Positions 1-12,054 of a stretch of 64,000 bases of DNA are shown here, piece after piece. Made by a program: the position numbers and the translations under genes. This DNA is from Narcine bancroftii. Taxonomy: Eukaryota. Location of the stretch: NCBI RefSeq assembly GCF_036971445.1, contig NC_091469.1, positions 26,474,001 to 26,538,000 of the forward strand, in the 5' to 3' direction. Below the pieces are notes generated by a model. That model made no database searches and was not told the DNA's origin. It saw only the letters and a program-made list of their open reading frames with translations. The number at the start of each line of letters is the position of its first letter. Positions within the stretch are counted from its first letter, which is position 1.

Positions 1-1865
1 AGCAATTAAAATGAAGAAGTGGACGATAGATAAAAGTGAAGAACCAACATGATGCTGAAATGAAATGACGAGTTGTGGGATGAAGTTTTTCTGGACCATA
101 AATATTGACATAGACTAGTTGAGTTAAAGGGTCTGCAAATTTGATGGAACTCTGTAACAGTTGAAATTATAAATGGTAAAAGTAGTCTGACTTAAAAATA
201 ACAGCATTATTTAAAACAGAATAAGCTAAAAGAATTGTATTGGCAGCAAGGAAAAAGGTCAAACAAATGATATATGACCCAACAGAGATTAATGAAAACT
301 TTAAGGAATTTTATGAACAATTATACCAAACTGAGAACGAGGGGAAAGATGATAAAATAGAAGAGTTTTTAGCTAAAATTGAACTGCCGAAATTGCAAGA
401 GGAACAAAACAAACTAATAAAACCATTTGAAATAGAGGAAGTACAGGATATATTAAAAAAGCTGCCAAATGATGATACGCCAGAAGAGGATGGATTCCTA
501 ATAAAATTTTATAAAACATTTAAAGAGTTATTAATTCCTCCTCTCCTGGAAGTAATGAACCAGATAGAAGAAACACAAAACTTGCCAGATTCATGTAAGA
601 CAGCAATAATTACAGTAATTCCAAAGATGGGGAAGGATCCATAGACCAGCATCATATAGACCAATATCTCTACTTAATTCAGATTATAAGATAATAGCAA
701 AATTATTAGCAGATTGGTTGTTTGTGTACCAAAAATAGTAAAACAAGATCAAACTGGATTTATTAAGAAAAGACAAACAGCGGATAATGTCTGTAAACTT
801 ATTAATCTAATTCATGCAGTTCAGGGAAATAAGAAGCCAACAGTGGCTGTTGCTTTAGACGCAGAAAAAGGCTTTGACAGAGTAGAATGGAACTATTTAT
901 TTAAAGTATTGCAGAGGTTCAATCTACCAGAAAAATATATTAATTGGATTAAAGCATTGTATAATGGACCATTGGCGAAGGTAACAGTAAATGGATATGT
1001 AGCGAGCCAATTTAAATTAAGTAGGTCAACTAGGCAGGAATGTCCATTATCCCCCTCATTGTTCGCCTTAGCAATAGAACCATTGGCAGAACTGATAAGA
1101 ACAGAAAATAAAAGGGATAAAAATAGAGGAGTATAATGTCAGCTTATTTGCAGATAACATCATAGTATACCTAACAGAACCAGAAATATCAATAAAAGAA
1201 TTACATAAGAAATTGAAGGAGTATGGAGAAATATCGGGGTACAAGATCAACGCAAATAAAAGTGAAGTGATGCCAATGAGTAATGCAGATTATACAGAAT
1301 TTAAAAAAGAATCAGCATTTAAATGGCAAACACAAGCAATCCGATACCTAGGTAATTAGGTTAGATAATAACTTAAGCCACTTGTACAAACTAAATTATC
1401 AGCCACTAATAAAGAAATTGCAGGAAAACTTAGAACATTGGAAATAATTACCGCTAACGTTGATAGGGAGAGAAGAGTGCATTAAAATGAATGTTTTTCC
1501 AAGGATACAATACTTATTTCAATCGTTGCCAATTCCCTTAACAGAGAAATTCTTTAATGAACTAAAGAGAATAATAAGGAAATTCTTGTGGAAAGGGGGG
1601 GGGTGGGGGGAAACCAAGGGTAGCATTAGATAAATTAACAGAGAGGTAATAACCAAGGTAGTTTGCAGTTACCAAACTTTAAAAATTATTATAGAGCCGC
1701 ACAATTAAGGTATTTATCAGATTTTTACCAGACGAGGGGAATATAGGGGAGAACGTACTGGAACATATACTTTATAAGTGGGATGAAAAGCTGGTGCAAA
1801 TATAAAAGCTCACCAACTCACCACTTAGAAAGGAAAAAAACGAATTACCAAATACCAAAATTGTT

Positions 1866-4800
1866 TTTTTTAAATTATTTTTTATTTTTCACACTATGAA
1901 CCATATTAACCAAAATACACACGAACATTTCACTCTTGAATATACACAGTGTCATTTTCTCCCCTTTTCCCCCCTTCCCTCCCTACCCCCCTCCCCACCC
2001 ACTAAATGTTCAACATATACAATACATTAAACCCATTAAACAATGTCATCACACAATGAGAATAAACAAGAAAATTGTGTCATCTACTTTTACACACTGG
2101 GTCATTTCATTTTGTCTTCCTCTCATTCTGTTATAATAACTTAAGCCACTTGTACAAACTAAATTATCAGCCACTAATAAAGAAATTGCAGGAAAACTTA
2201 GAACATTGGAAATGGTGTTGGAGGTCCGCGGTAGGACCTCTCTGTTGTGTTCCATGTACGGTTCCCAAATTTGTTCGAAAACTGAGATGTTATTTCTTAA
2301 ATGATATGTTATTTTTTCCAATGGAATACATTTATTCATTTCTATGTACCATTGCTGTATTCTCAGGCTATCTTCTGATTTCCAGGTTGACATAATACAT
2401 TGTTTTGCTACAGATAAGGCTATCATAATAAATCTTTTTTGCGCTTCATCCAGTTTGAGGCCTAATTCTTTACTTCTTGTATTACTTAGAGGCAAGATCT
2501 CTGGATTTTTTGGTATGTTATTTTTTGTGATTTTATTTAATACCCGATTTAGACCTTCCCAAAACTTTTCCACTTTCTCACATGCCAAAATTGCATGCAC
2601 TGTTGTTCTCGTTTCCTTCTTACAGCGAAAACATCTGTCTGAAACTGTTGGGTTCCATTTATTTAACTTTTGGGGTGTGGTGTATAGCCTGTGTAACCAA
2701 TTATATTGTATCATGCATAATCTTGTGTTTATTGTATTTCTCATAGTTCCAGAGCATAGCTTTTCCCATGTTTCATTCTTCATCTTCATGTTTAGGTCTT
2801 GTTCCCACTTTTGTTTGGGTTTACAGCTTATTTCATCGTTCTCTTTCTCTTGCAGTTTGATGTACATGTTTGTTATAAATCTTTTAATTATCATTGTGCC
2901 TGTAATCACATACTCAAAACTGCTTCCTCTGGTAAACTCAGCCTGCTTCCCAATTTGTCCTTCAAGTAGGTTTTCAGTTGGAGGTATGCAAACATTGTAC
3001 CGTGAGTTATACCATATTTGTGCTTCATTTGTTCAAAAGATAATAATTAATTTCCCGAAAAACAATTTTCTATTCTTTTGATCCCTTTTCTCTCCCATTC
3101 TCTGAAGGAAATGTTATCTATTGTGAAAGGGATAAGTTGATTTTGCGTCAATAGTAATTTTGGTAGTTGATAATTTGTTTTTTTCCTTTCTACGTGAATC
3201 TTCTTCCAAAAGTTGAGCAGATGGTGCAGTACTGGAGAATTCCTATGTTGCACCAGCTTTTCATCCCACTTATATAGTATATGTTCAGGTACCTTCTCCC
3301 CTATTTTATCTAGCTCTAATCTGGTCCAATCTGGTTTTTCCCTTGTTTGATAAAAATCTGATAGGTATCTTAATTGTGCTGCTTTATAATAATTCTTAAA
3401 GTTTGGTAGCTGTAAGCCCCCTTGTTTGTACCATTCTGTTAATTTATCTAGCGCAATACTCGGTTTCCCCCCTTTCCATAAGAATTTCCATATATTTTCT
3501 TTAGCTCCTTGAAGAATTTCTCTGTTAGGTCAATTGGTAACTATTGAAATAGGTATTGTATCCTTGGGAAGATATTCATTTTAATGCAATTTACCCTTCA
3601 AATCAATGTTAGTGGTAAATCTTTCCAATGTTCTAAGTCATCTTGTAATTTCTTCATTTGTTTAATTTCTTAATTTGTATAGATGGCCGAGATTATCATC
3701 TAGTTGAATACCTAGGTATCGGATTGCTTGTGTTTGCCATTTAAATGGTGATTCTTTCTTAAACTTTGTGAAATCCGCATTATTCATTGGTATCGCTTCA
3801 CTTTTATTTGCGTTGATCTTGTACCCCGATACTTCTCCATATTCCTTCAATTGCTTATGTAATTCTTTTATTGATATTTCTGGTTCTGTTAAAGTATATT
3901 ATAACGTCATCTGCAAATAGACTGATTTTATATTCCTTCTCTTTTATTTTTATCCCTCTTATTTTATTTTCTGTTCTTATCAATTCTGCCCAGGGTTCTA
4001 TAGCTAACGCGAACAGTGAGGGAGATAGTGGACATCCCTGCCTAGTTGACCTGCTTAATTTAAATAGGTTTGATATATATCCATTTACTGTCACCTTCGC
4101 CAATGGTCCCTTATATAATGCTTTAATCCAATTAATATATTTCTCTGGTAGGTTGAACCTCTGTAGTACTTTGAATAAATAATTCCATTCTACTCTTGTC
4201 AAAAGCTTTCTCTGGTCTAAAGCAACCGCCACTGTTGGCGTCTTGTTTCCTTGAACTGCATGAATTAAGTTAATGAACTTACAGATATTGTCTGTTGCTC
4301 GTCTTTTCTTAATAAATCCATTTTGATCTAGTTTTACTATTTTTGGTACACAGTCGGCCAATCGATTTGCTAAAAGTTTAGCTATTATCTTATAATCGGA
4401 GTTTAGTAGAGATATTGGTCTAAACGATGCTGGTGTTAGTGAATCTTTCCCCATCTTTGGTATTACTGAAATTATTGCTGTTTTGCATGAATCTGGCATG
4501 TTTTGTGTTTCTTCAATCTGGTTCATTACTTCCAGGAGAGGAAGAATTATTAAGTCTTTAAATGTTTTATAGAATTCTATTGGGAGTCCGTCCTCTCCCG
4601 GCGTTTTATTGTTCGGTAGCTTTTTTAATATATCCTGTATTTCTTCTATTTCAAATGATTTTAATTTGTTTTGCTCCTCTTCTTGCAATTTCGGTAGTTC
4701 AATTTTAGCTAGAAACTTATCTATAGTGTCTTCTTTCCCTTCGTTCTGTTTGATATAATTGCTCATAGAATTCCTTGAAGTTTTCATTGATCTCCGTTGG

Positions 4801-7800
4801 GTTATATGTAATTTGTTTGTCCTTTTTCCTTGATGCCAATACCGTTCTTTTAGTTTCTTCTGTTTTAAGCTGCCAAGCTATTATTTTGTGCGTTTTTCTC
4901 TCCTAGCTCATAATACTTCTGCTTTGTCTTCACTACGTTTGTAGTGTTTCGTAGTTTATTTTTTTGTCCGCCAATTCTCTTCTTTTTGTTGTATCTTCCC
5001 TTCTTGCTAATTCTTTTTCTGTACTTGCTATTTCCCTTTCCAGCTGTTCTATTTCTCGATTGTAGTCCTTCTTCATCTTAGTTACATAACTTATTATCTG
5101 CCCTCTGATGTAAGCTTTCATTGCATCCCATAGTATAAATTTATCTTTCACTGATTCCATATTTATTTCAAAGTATATTTTAATTTGACGCTCAATAAAT
5201 TCTTGAAAATCCTGTCTTTTAAGTAGCATGGAGTTTAATCTCCATCTATACATTCTCAGTGGGATATCCTCCAGCTCTATTGCTAATAACAGGGGTGAGA
5301 GATCTGATAACAATCTAGCTTTATATTCCTTTTTTCTAACTCTCCCTTGGATGTGGGCTGACAACAGGAACAGGACTATCCTTGAGTATGTTTTATGTCT
5401 ACTCGAATAATATGAGTATTCCTTCTCCTTTGGGTGTTGTCTCCTCCATATATCCAAAAGTTGCATTTCCTACATCGATTTAACAATAAATTTGGTTACT
5501 TTGTTCTTTCTGCTAGTCTTTTTTCCAGTTTTATCCATCTTTGAGTCCAAATTAAGGTTAAAGTCCTCTCCTATCAGTATATTCCCCTGCGTATCTGCAT
5601 TTTCAAAAAAATATCTTGCATAAATTTTTGATCCTCTTAATTAGGTGCATATACATTGAGCAAATTCCAAAATTCTGAATATATCTGACACTTTCTGCTG
5701 GATCTATTATTTCCTCCTCTATTTTGATTGGTACATTTTTATTGATTAATATAGCTACTCATCTGGCTTTTGAATTATATGATGCTGCCGTTAGGTGCCC
5801 TACCCAGTCTCTCCTTAATTTCTTGAGTTCCACTTCAGTTAGATGTGTTTCCTGCACGAATGCTATATCAATTTTTTCTTTCTTCAGTAAATTTAACAGC
5901 CTCTTCCTTTTGACTTGGTTCTGTATTCCATTAATATTTATGGTAATCTAGTTCAACATGGCCATTTCATACTTTGTTTACCTCTCATTTCTGCTTCTTC
6001 ATCACCACCTTTCCCCCCATATCCATTTGTTTTCTTTTTTTGAAAGCACTGTAAGACACTTCTAAAACATAAAATATTTCCACTATTCCCACATCTAAAA
6101 TTCCCTTAAGCCCAAATGTCCCCCCCCCATCTGAGTTGCCCCTTGTCCCTTGCCTGGCAACCACAACTCCCCTCTCCATTTGGATTGTGAACCCGCTTGC
6201 AAGCGTCAACTGATTTCACAGTGACTGTTATTTTCTCCCTCCCAGCCCCCCAGAAAACTTTTATCTTCAAATATAACAAAGCTCACCCTCTTTATTCCCC
6301 CCCTTACTTCCTTCCTTCCCTTTTCTTCCCCTCCTTAGATCTTACTTATACATTATTTTTCTTCTTTATATGAAGTTTGTCGTCATTCTTTGTTCTTGTT
6401 TCATCTCTTCGTCTCTCTGTTTTGCAGGCATTCTGCAAATTCTCGTGCTTTCTCCGGATCCGAGAACAGTCTGCTTTGCTGCCCCGGGATAACTATTTTA
6501 TGCACCGCTGGATATCTTAACACAAATTTATAGCCTTTCTTCCATAGGATCGATTTTGCTACGTTAAACTCCTTCCTCTTCTTCAGGAGCTCAAAACTTA
6601 TGTCTAGGTCAGGGGTCTCAAACTCAATTTACCCGGGGGCCGCTGGAGGTAGAGTCTGGGTGAGGCTGGGCCGCATCAGGTTTTCCACAAGAAAAGCTCT
6701 TACAAAAACATTCCAATGTTATCAAATGTCTTTATTTTTATTTTTTTTTTAAAACACAAAATAAGATGAAAAAATAAATAAATTAACAATTCATAAGAAA
6801 AAAAATAAAATCAATCAGTAATAAATAAATAAAATGAAAATAATACTACAGCAGATATAGAAGACTGAAGAAACCACATGTAGTTGCTGACTGGAGAAAT
6901 GTAATTATTATTATTCAGATTCAAATGTCTGTATTAACAGTTCTTCAACCTTTAACTTTCTGAACATGAATGGAACATTGAACATAAACTGTTATGAACA
7001 TGTCTTCTTCTGCCTACTTCTTACTGCTAGAGATCTGGCAGCTCTTCCTCTCGCATAGCCAAGCCACATTTGGCTTAAGGGAGAAGGCAGTTGAGACCCT
7101 CAGTAGGGCATGAAGATGCTCGTCAGTAAGTCTGGACCTGTACTTGGACTTATTGAAGTTCAAGGCAGAGAAGAGCTTTTCGCACAAGTATGTGCTCCCA
7201 AAAAGACACAGGGTCCGCTTGACCATTCGGGAAAGCTCAGGGAAGCTGGGGGGCAATTCTCTCAAAAATTGCCCAAGCTTGTCTGCTTTTCCACTCACCT
7301 CCCTGAACTTGGTTTTGAGTTCAGAGTTGCACTGCAGGTCAATGAGCTCCATTTGAAGCACAGGAGGGCATCTTGCACATCAAAGGAGAAGGGGTCCACA
7401 AAAATTTGAAATGTGGCTCTGTTTCAGTGTTTAGCCGATGCGTCTTTTCTGCTTCTTTTTCTGTCCCGCTGAGCAACAACTTCCGGGTTCAGACTGGCTG
7501 CTGAAGCGCGTGAAGCGGGAGCGGCCGTGGAAATTGTGCATGTGCCGCGTGCATATAATGACAAATAGAAAATGCACACAAATATGCTTATATTCGCAAT
7601 AAGCCCAGCCGATGTCCCGCCCCCGTGATTGGTAGGTTCGTTCAGCTCCGCACACAACACCGAAAAGTGCCAATCATATCAAACTTGCGGGCCGCACTAA
7701 CATTAAACTTTCATATTAAGGCGGGGCCACAAAACTATCGTCCCGAAGGTCGCAGTTGGCCCGCGGGCCGCAAGCTTGAAACCCCTGGTCTAGGTAGAAA

Positions 7801-9088
7801 TTTTTTTTTTGACCTTTGTATTCCAGTGGCTTTTTGTCTTCTCTCATTTTTTTCATTGCCTTCTCCAATATATTTTCTCTTGTCGTATATCTTAGGAATT
7901 TTACTAAAATTGATCTTGGTTTTTGTTGTGGCTGTGGTTTCGGGGCTAATGTTCTGTGTGCACTTTCTATTTCCATTCCTTCCTGCATTTCTGGCATTCC
8001 CAGGACCTTGGGGATCCATTCTTTTATAAATTCTTTCACATTTGTGCCTTCTTCATCTTCCATAAGGCCCACTATCTTTATGTTGTTTCTCCTATTATAG
8101 TTTTCCATTATATCCATCTTATGAGCTAACAACTCCTGTGTTTCTTTAACTTTATCAGTTTCTTCCCATTTTCTTTTTAAGTCGTTCACTTCCATTTCTA
8201 CGGCTGTTTCTCGTTCTTCCACCTTATCTAATCTTTTCCCTATTTCTGTTATGACCAGCTCTATTCTACTCACTTTTTCTTCTGTAATTTTCATTTTTCT
8301 TTTTATTTCACTAAATTCTCGTGTCAGCCATTCTTTTAATGCTTCTAAATATTCTTGAAAAATTTTTTTTGTCTATACTGTCCATTCTCTTTATCTCCTA
8401 TTTCTCTGTGCAGAGCTTGATGTCCTCCTTCTTCTTCTGTGTCTGCTCTAGGGTTTGTGTCTTCTACTTCTCTTCCTTGTATCTGTGTCTTTTGTGACTT
8501 TCTTGTTGGACTGCTTGTCTCAGTTTGTTAGGTTTTTTTTTAAATATGGTGTCTGATGTTGGTCCTCTTCTTCTGGGCTGGTTAACTGTTGTGTCTCTGG
8601 TTTCCTTTTTTCATTCTCACCTCTCTCGTTCCCGTTATTTTCTGTATCTTCCCGCTGGGAGCCCTGCTGTCGGGTCATTCTCAGCTGTTCGTGCTGTAGA
8701 ATTCCACTCCACAGCTGGTCCCCCCTCCTGCCGGTGTTGTCTTTGTCGTGCGCATCAAACATGTGCACCTCTGTTTGGCTCTGTGAGCTATCTTTGCAGT
8801 CCTGATGGGTCGCGACCCTGCAGGGTCTCCAATGACCTCAGGGAGTGGGCTCCTCTTTCCAGGGCGGGTCCCTGCTTTTTCGTACAGGTAGGGCCTTCAC
8901 CTTTCTCTTCCGGTGTCTTTCTTCTTTTCTTCCCGTTGTTTTTGGTTTTTCTTTCTTTGGTGCCATTTTTTTTTATTTGTTGTGATTTGTGTGTCTGAGG
9001 CTTTGTTTTTTCCTCACTTTTTTTCCTTCTTTTCTGGAGAGGGCTGGTATTCTCCTACCGGCCACTACCCCATCACGTGACTCCTCTC
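1866..9088 (-). mobile_element. Full-length but disrupted L1-clade LINE (copy B)
   Basis: The 5' end GAGAGGAGTCACGTG is at 9088. ORF1 runs from ATG ~8966 (coiled coil, then ENYNRRNNIKIVGL...IESAHR...ILVKFLRY). ORF2 runs from ~5965 with APE endonuclease (IAFVQETHL), RT (GCPLSP, LFADD) and a C-terminal RCFRC knuckle, with many stops and frameshifts. Poly(T) at 1866. A 12-bp TSD ACCAAAATTGTT lies at 1854-1865 and 9089-9100. Confidence 0.93.
6610..7787 (-). mobile_element. Internally deleted hAT (Charlie-type) DNA transposon inserted in L1 ORF1
   Basis: TIRs CAGGGGTCTCAAACT / CAGGGGTTTCAAGCT match at 13/15. An 8-bp TSD GTCTAGGT lies at 6602-6609 and 7788-7795. ORF 7014-7361 encodes a hAT C-terminal dimerisation region (LQMELIDLQC...FGSTYLCEKLFS...RSRLTD). 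Confidence 0.92.
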
Positions 9089-10519
9089 ACCAAAATTGTT
9101 ATTGACACAAAACCCACTAATTCCTTTTTACAATAGATAACCTTTTCTTTAGAGAATGGGAGAGAAAAGGAATCAAAAGAATAGAAAATTGTTTTATGGG
9201 AAATAATTTATTAACATTTGAACAGTTGAAGGACAAATATAGAATAACTCATGGTACAATGTTTGCATATCATCAACTGAAAGCCTACTTAAAGGATAAA
9301 TTGGGAAACAGACTGAGATTACCAGAAGGAAGCAGCTTTGAATATGTGATTACAGAGACAATGATAATTCAATGATTTATAACGAACATGTACATTAAGC
9401 TGCAAGATAAGGAAAATGATGAAATAAGCTATAAACCTAAACAAAAGTGGGAAAAAAGATTTAAAACATAAAGATATAAAATGAAGCATGGGAAAAGTTA
9501 TGTTCTGGAACTATGAAGAATACAATAAACACAAGGTTACGCATGATAAAGTATAATTGGTTACAGAAGTTATATATCACGCCTCAAAAGTTAAAAGAAT
9601 GGGATCCAACATTATCAAATAGATGTTTTCGCTGTAAGAAGGCAAAGGGAACAACAGTACATGCAATTTGGGCATGTGAGAAAGTGAAAATGTTTTCGGA
9701 AGGTCTAAATCAGATATTAAATAAAATCACAAAAAATAACATATCAAAAAATCCAGAGATCTTTCTTCAAGTAACGTAAGAAATAAGGAATTAGGCCTCA
9801 AATTGGATAAAGCGCAAAAATATGATAGCCTTAGCAGTAGCAAAAAAAATGTATAATATCAACTTGGAAAATGGAAGAGAGTCTGAGAATACAGCAATGG
9901 TACATGAAAATGAATAAATGTATTCCATTGGAAAAAATAACATATAATTTAAAAAAAATAAAGTCACATTATCTGAACAAATTTGGGAACCGTACATGGA
10001 ACATAAGAAAGGGCTTGCCTCGGACCTCCACCCCCTAAAATGATAAGAAGACAAAACAACTTGATTCAGGGTGTAAAATTAGATGACACATTTTTCTCGT
10101 TTATTTTTCATTATGTGAAGACATTGTTTTATGGTTTTATTGTATTGTATATGTTGAATATTTATTGGTTTTGGAGGGGGGTGGGAAGGGGGGAGGGAGG
10201 GTAGGGTGAAAAAAGGGAGAAAATGCCACTGTGTATATTTAATGAGAAACGCTTGTATATATTTGGGTTGAAATGGTTCACAGTGTGAAAAATAAAAAAA
10301 ATAACAGCATTATAAATAGGAAAGGATGTGTTTATTATGAGTTTTTGTGGTTTATTTGCAGAATATTTTAGAGGTTCCCCCTCCTCCCCCAAACAGCATA
10401 ATCTGCAGTGCTACAGAGCAGTCCAGCCTAGAGTTTTTCCCCACATCAGACACATCTGTCTGCCCTCCTGACTCTCTTCCCCCTTTCCATGTACACCCTT
10501 ACAATTGAAACTGAGTTTA

Positions 10520-10880
10520 GAATGTGCAGTGTAATATACAAAAGTGCTGGAGAAACCAAGTAGATCAAGCAGCATCTATAGGAAGTAAAAGGTAACCAAC
10601 ATTTAGAGCCCAAGGAGACAAGCAGACAGGCACCTAAATAAAAAGATGGGTGAGAGGAAAGAGGGAAAATGCAGGGGGAGGAGCACAGGCTAACAGGTAG
10701 GTGGTCATGCGTGGATACAGGTGGGAGGGTAGAAGAAGCTGAGATGTGATAGGGGCCAGGGTAGCTCTATGAATGGAGATAGAAGGGAAGGGAATGTGGA
10801 GCTGGAGGAAAGTAGATAGAGGGATAAGGAAAGAGAGAGAGAGACTCAGGAGATGAGTTTAACAGAAACTGGAGAAGGAG
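10520..10880 (-). mobile_element. Penelope-like element 3' fragment
   Basis: Shares the terminal motif (aagtgctggagaaa..ag.ag.tca) and purine-rich tract with the GIY-YIG-bearing copies at ~20 kb, 52 kb and 57-58 kb. Confidence 0.55.
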
Positions 10881-11104
10881 AAGCTTGTTCTAAAATTAAA
10901 GCCATGGGAGCTTTCATAGCTGCAGAAATGACCCACTAATTTTCCTCTCCAACTTGTTTCCACACTGATGAATGAAAAGTATGAGATGAATTGGGAATCT
11001 GGCCAGCATATTAAAATGTAATAAAAAAGTTGTTATATCAGTTGAAAATTAATTTTTCCACAATTTTTCCAACATTTTATGCCAATTTCAATTCAGTATA
11101 TGTG

Positions 11105-11575
11105 ACTACTATGGAACACAACAGCACAGAAACAGGTTTTTTGGTCCATCCAGTTCATGCTAAATTATTATTCTGCTTAATCCCATTGACCTGCATAGGG
11201 ACCAAAGATTTCCATACCCTTTCCATCCATGCATCTAACCTAATTTCTCTCAAATGTTGAAATCAACCCACATCCACCATTTCTGCTGGTAGCTCATTCC
11301 ATATGCTCACTATCCTCTGATTGAAAACATTTCCTCTAATATTCCCCTTAAACATTTCACTTTTCACTCTTAACCCACGTCTCTCTTTCTTGTCTCACCC
11401 ACCCTCAGTGTGTATTTACCTCATCTATACCCCTCAATTCTGTATACCTCTATCAAATCTCCACTCATTCTTTGACACTCCAAGGAATAAAGTCCTGTAA
11501 ATAACCTATTCAACCTTTCCCTATAATTCAACTCCTCAGGTCCCACAACGTTCTTGTAAATTTTCTCTGCACTTG
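11105..11575 (-). mobile_element. CR1-type LINE 3' fragment
   Basis: Similar to the other CR1 3' ends in the window (cccctcattctt..actcca.ggaataaa; ag.tcattcca..c..ac.a). Confidence 0.65.
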
Positions 11576-11811
11576 TTAATTTAAAATGATTAAAAATAAC
11601 TTTTAGAAAGTTTATTAAATTGTTTTATAGTTTGATTGGATACATAATAGTTTCCTATGAATTTATTTCAAACAATATTCAACAGTTTTCAGAATATCCC
11701 TGTGAGCCTCCTTGCATTTCTGAATGTTCAACTCATTTAAGGCTTGTAAATGCGCAATGCTGGAGAAACTTACCAGGTCAAACCGCGTAACTTATAGCAA
11801 AGATAAAAATA

Positions 11812-12050
11812 TGGCGGCACGGTTGGCATAGTGGCTAGTGTAACACCTTTACAGTGCGAATGATCAGGTCCATTGTTCGAATCTCGCGCTGTCTGTAAGG
11901 AGTTTGTATGTTCTCTCCATGTCTGTGTGGGATTTCCTTGGGGGCTCTGGTTTCCTCCTACCATTTGAAACCTACACCAGGGGTGTAGGTTAATTGGGTG
12001 GCACTGGCTCATTTGCCGAAATGGCCCGTAACCATGCTGTATGTCTCTAT
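11812..12050 (+). mobile_element. tRNA-derived V-SINE (HE1-like)
   Basis: tRNA-like head (ggcacggttggcatagtgg...gttcgaatc) followed by the V-domain-like core gtaaggagtttgtatgttctc.ccatgtctgtgtggg.ttcc. Confidence 0.75.
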
Positions 12051-12054
12051 TTAT

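Larger units (their letters stand above)
211..10296 (+). mobile_element. 5'-truncated L1-clade LINE (copy A), split by an inserted antisense L1
   Basis: ORF2 fragments at 240-1800 (RT motifs YRPISLLN, VALDAEK, LFADN) and 9100-10040 (RCFRC zinc knuckle), followed by a 3' UTR and A-tail. A 17-bp TSD AAAAATAACAGCATTAT lies at 194-210 and 10297-10313, at a TT/AAAA-type site. Confidence 0.92.

Noticed and set aside
7014-7361. GTF2IRD2/EPM2AIP1-like host gene
   Set aside because: The fragment lies between TIRs and an 8-bp TSD inside an L1, so it is a transposon remnant rather than a domesticated gene.
1866-9088. Active autonomous L1
   Set aside because: It is full length, but ORF1 is interrupted by a hAT element and ORF2 has multiple stops and frameshifts.
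11812-11890. tRNA gene (also the similar heads at ~16270, 26805, 33515, 44778)
   Set aside because: The A/B-box-like heads run directly into the V-SINE core and do not form a full cloverleaf.
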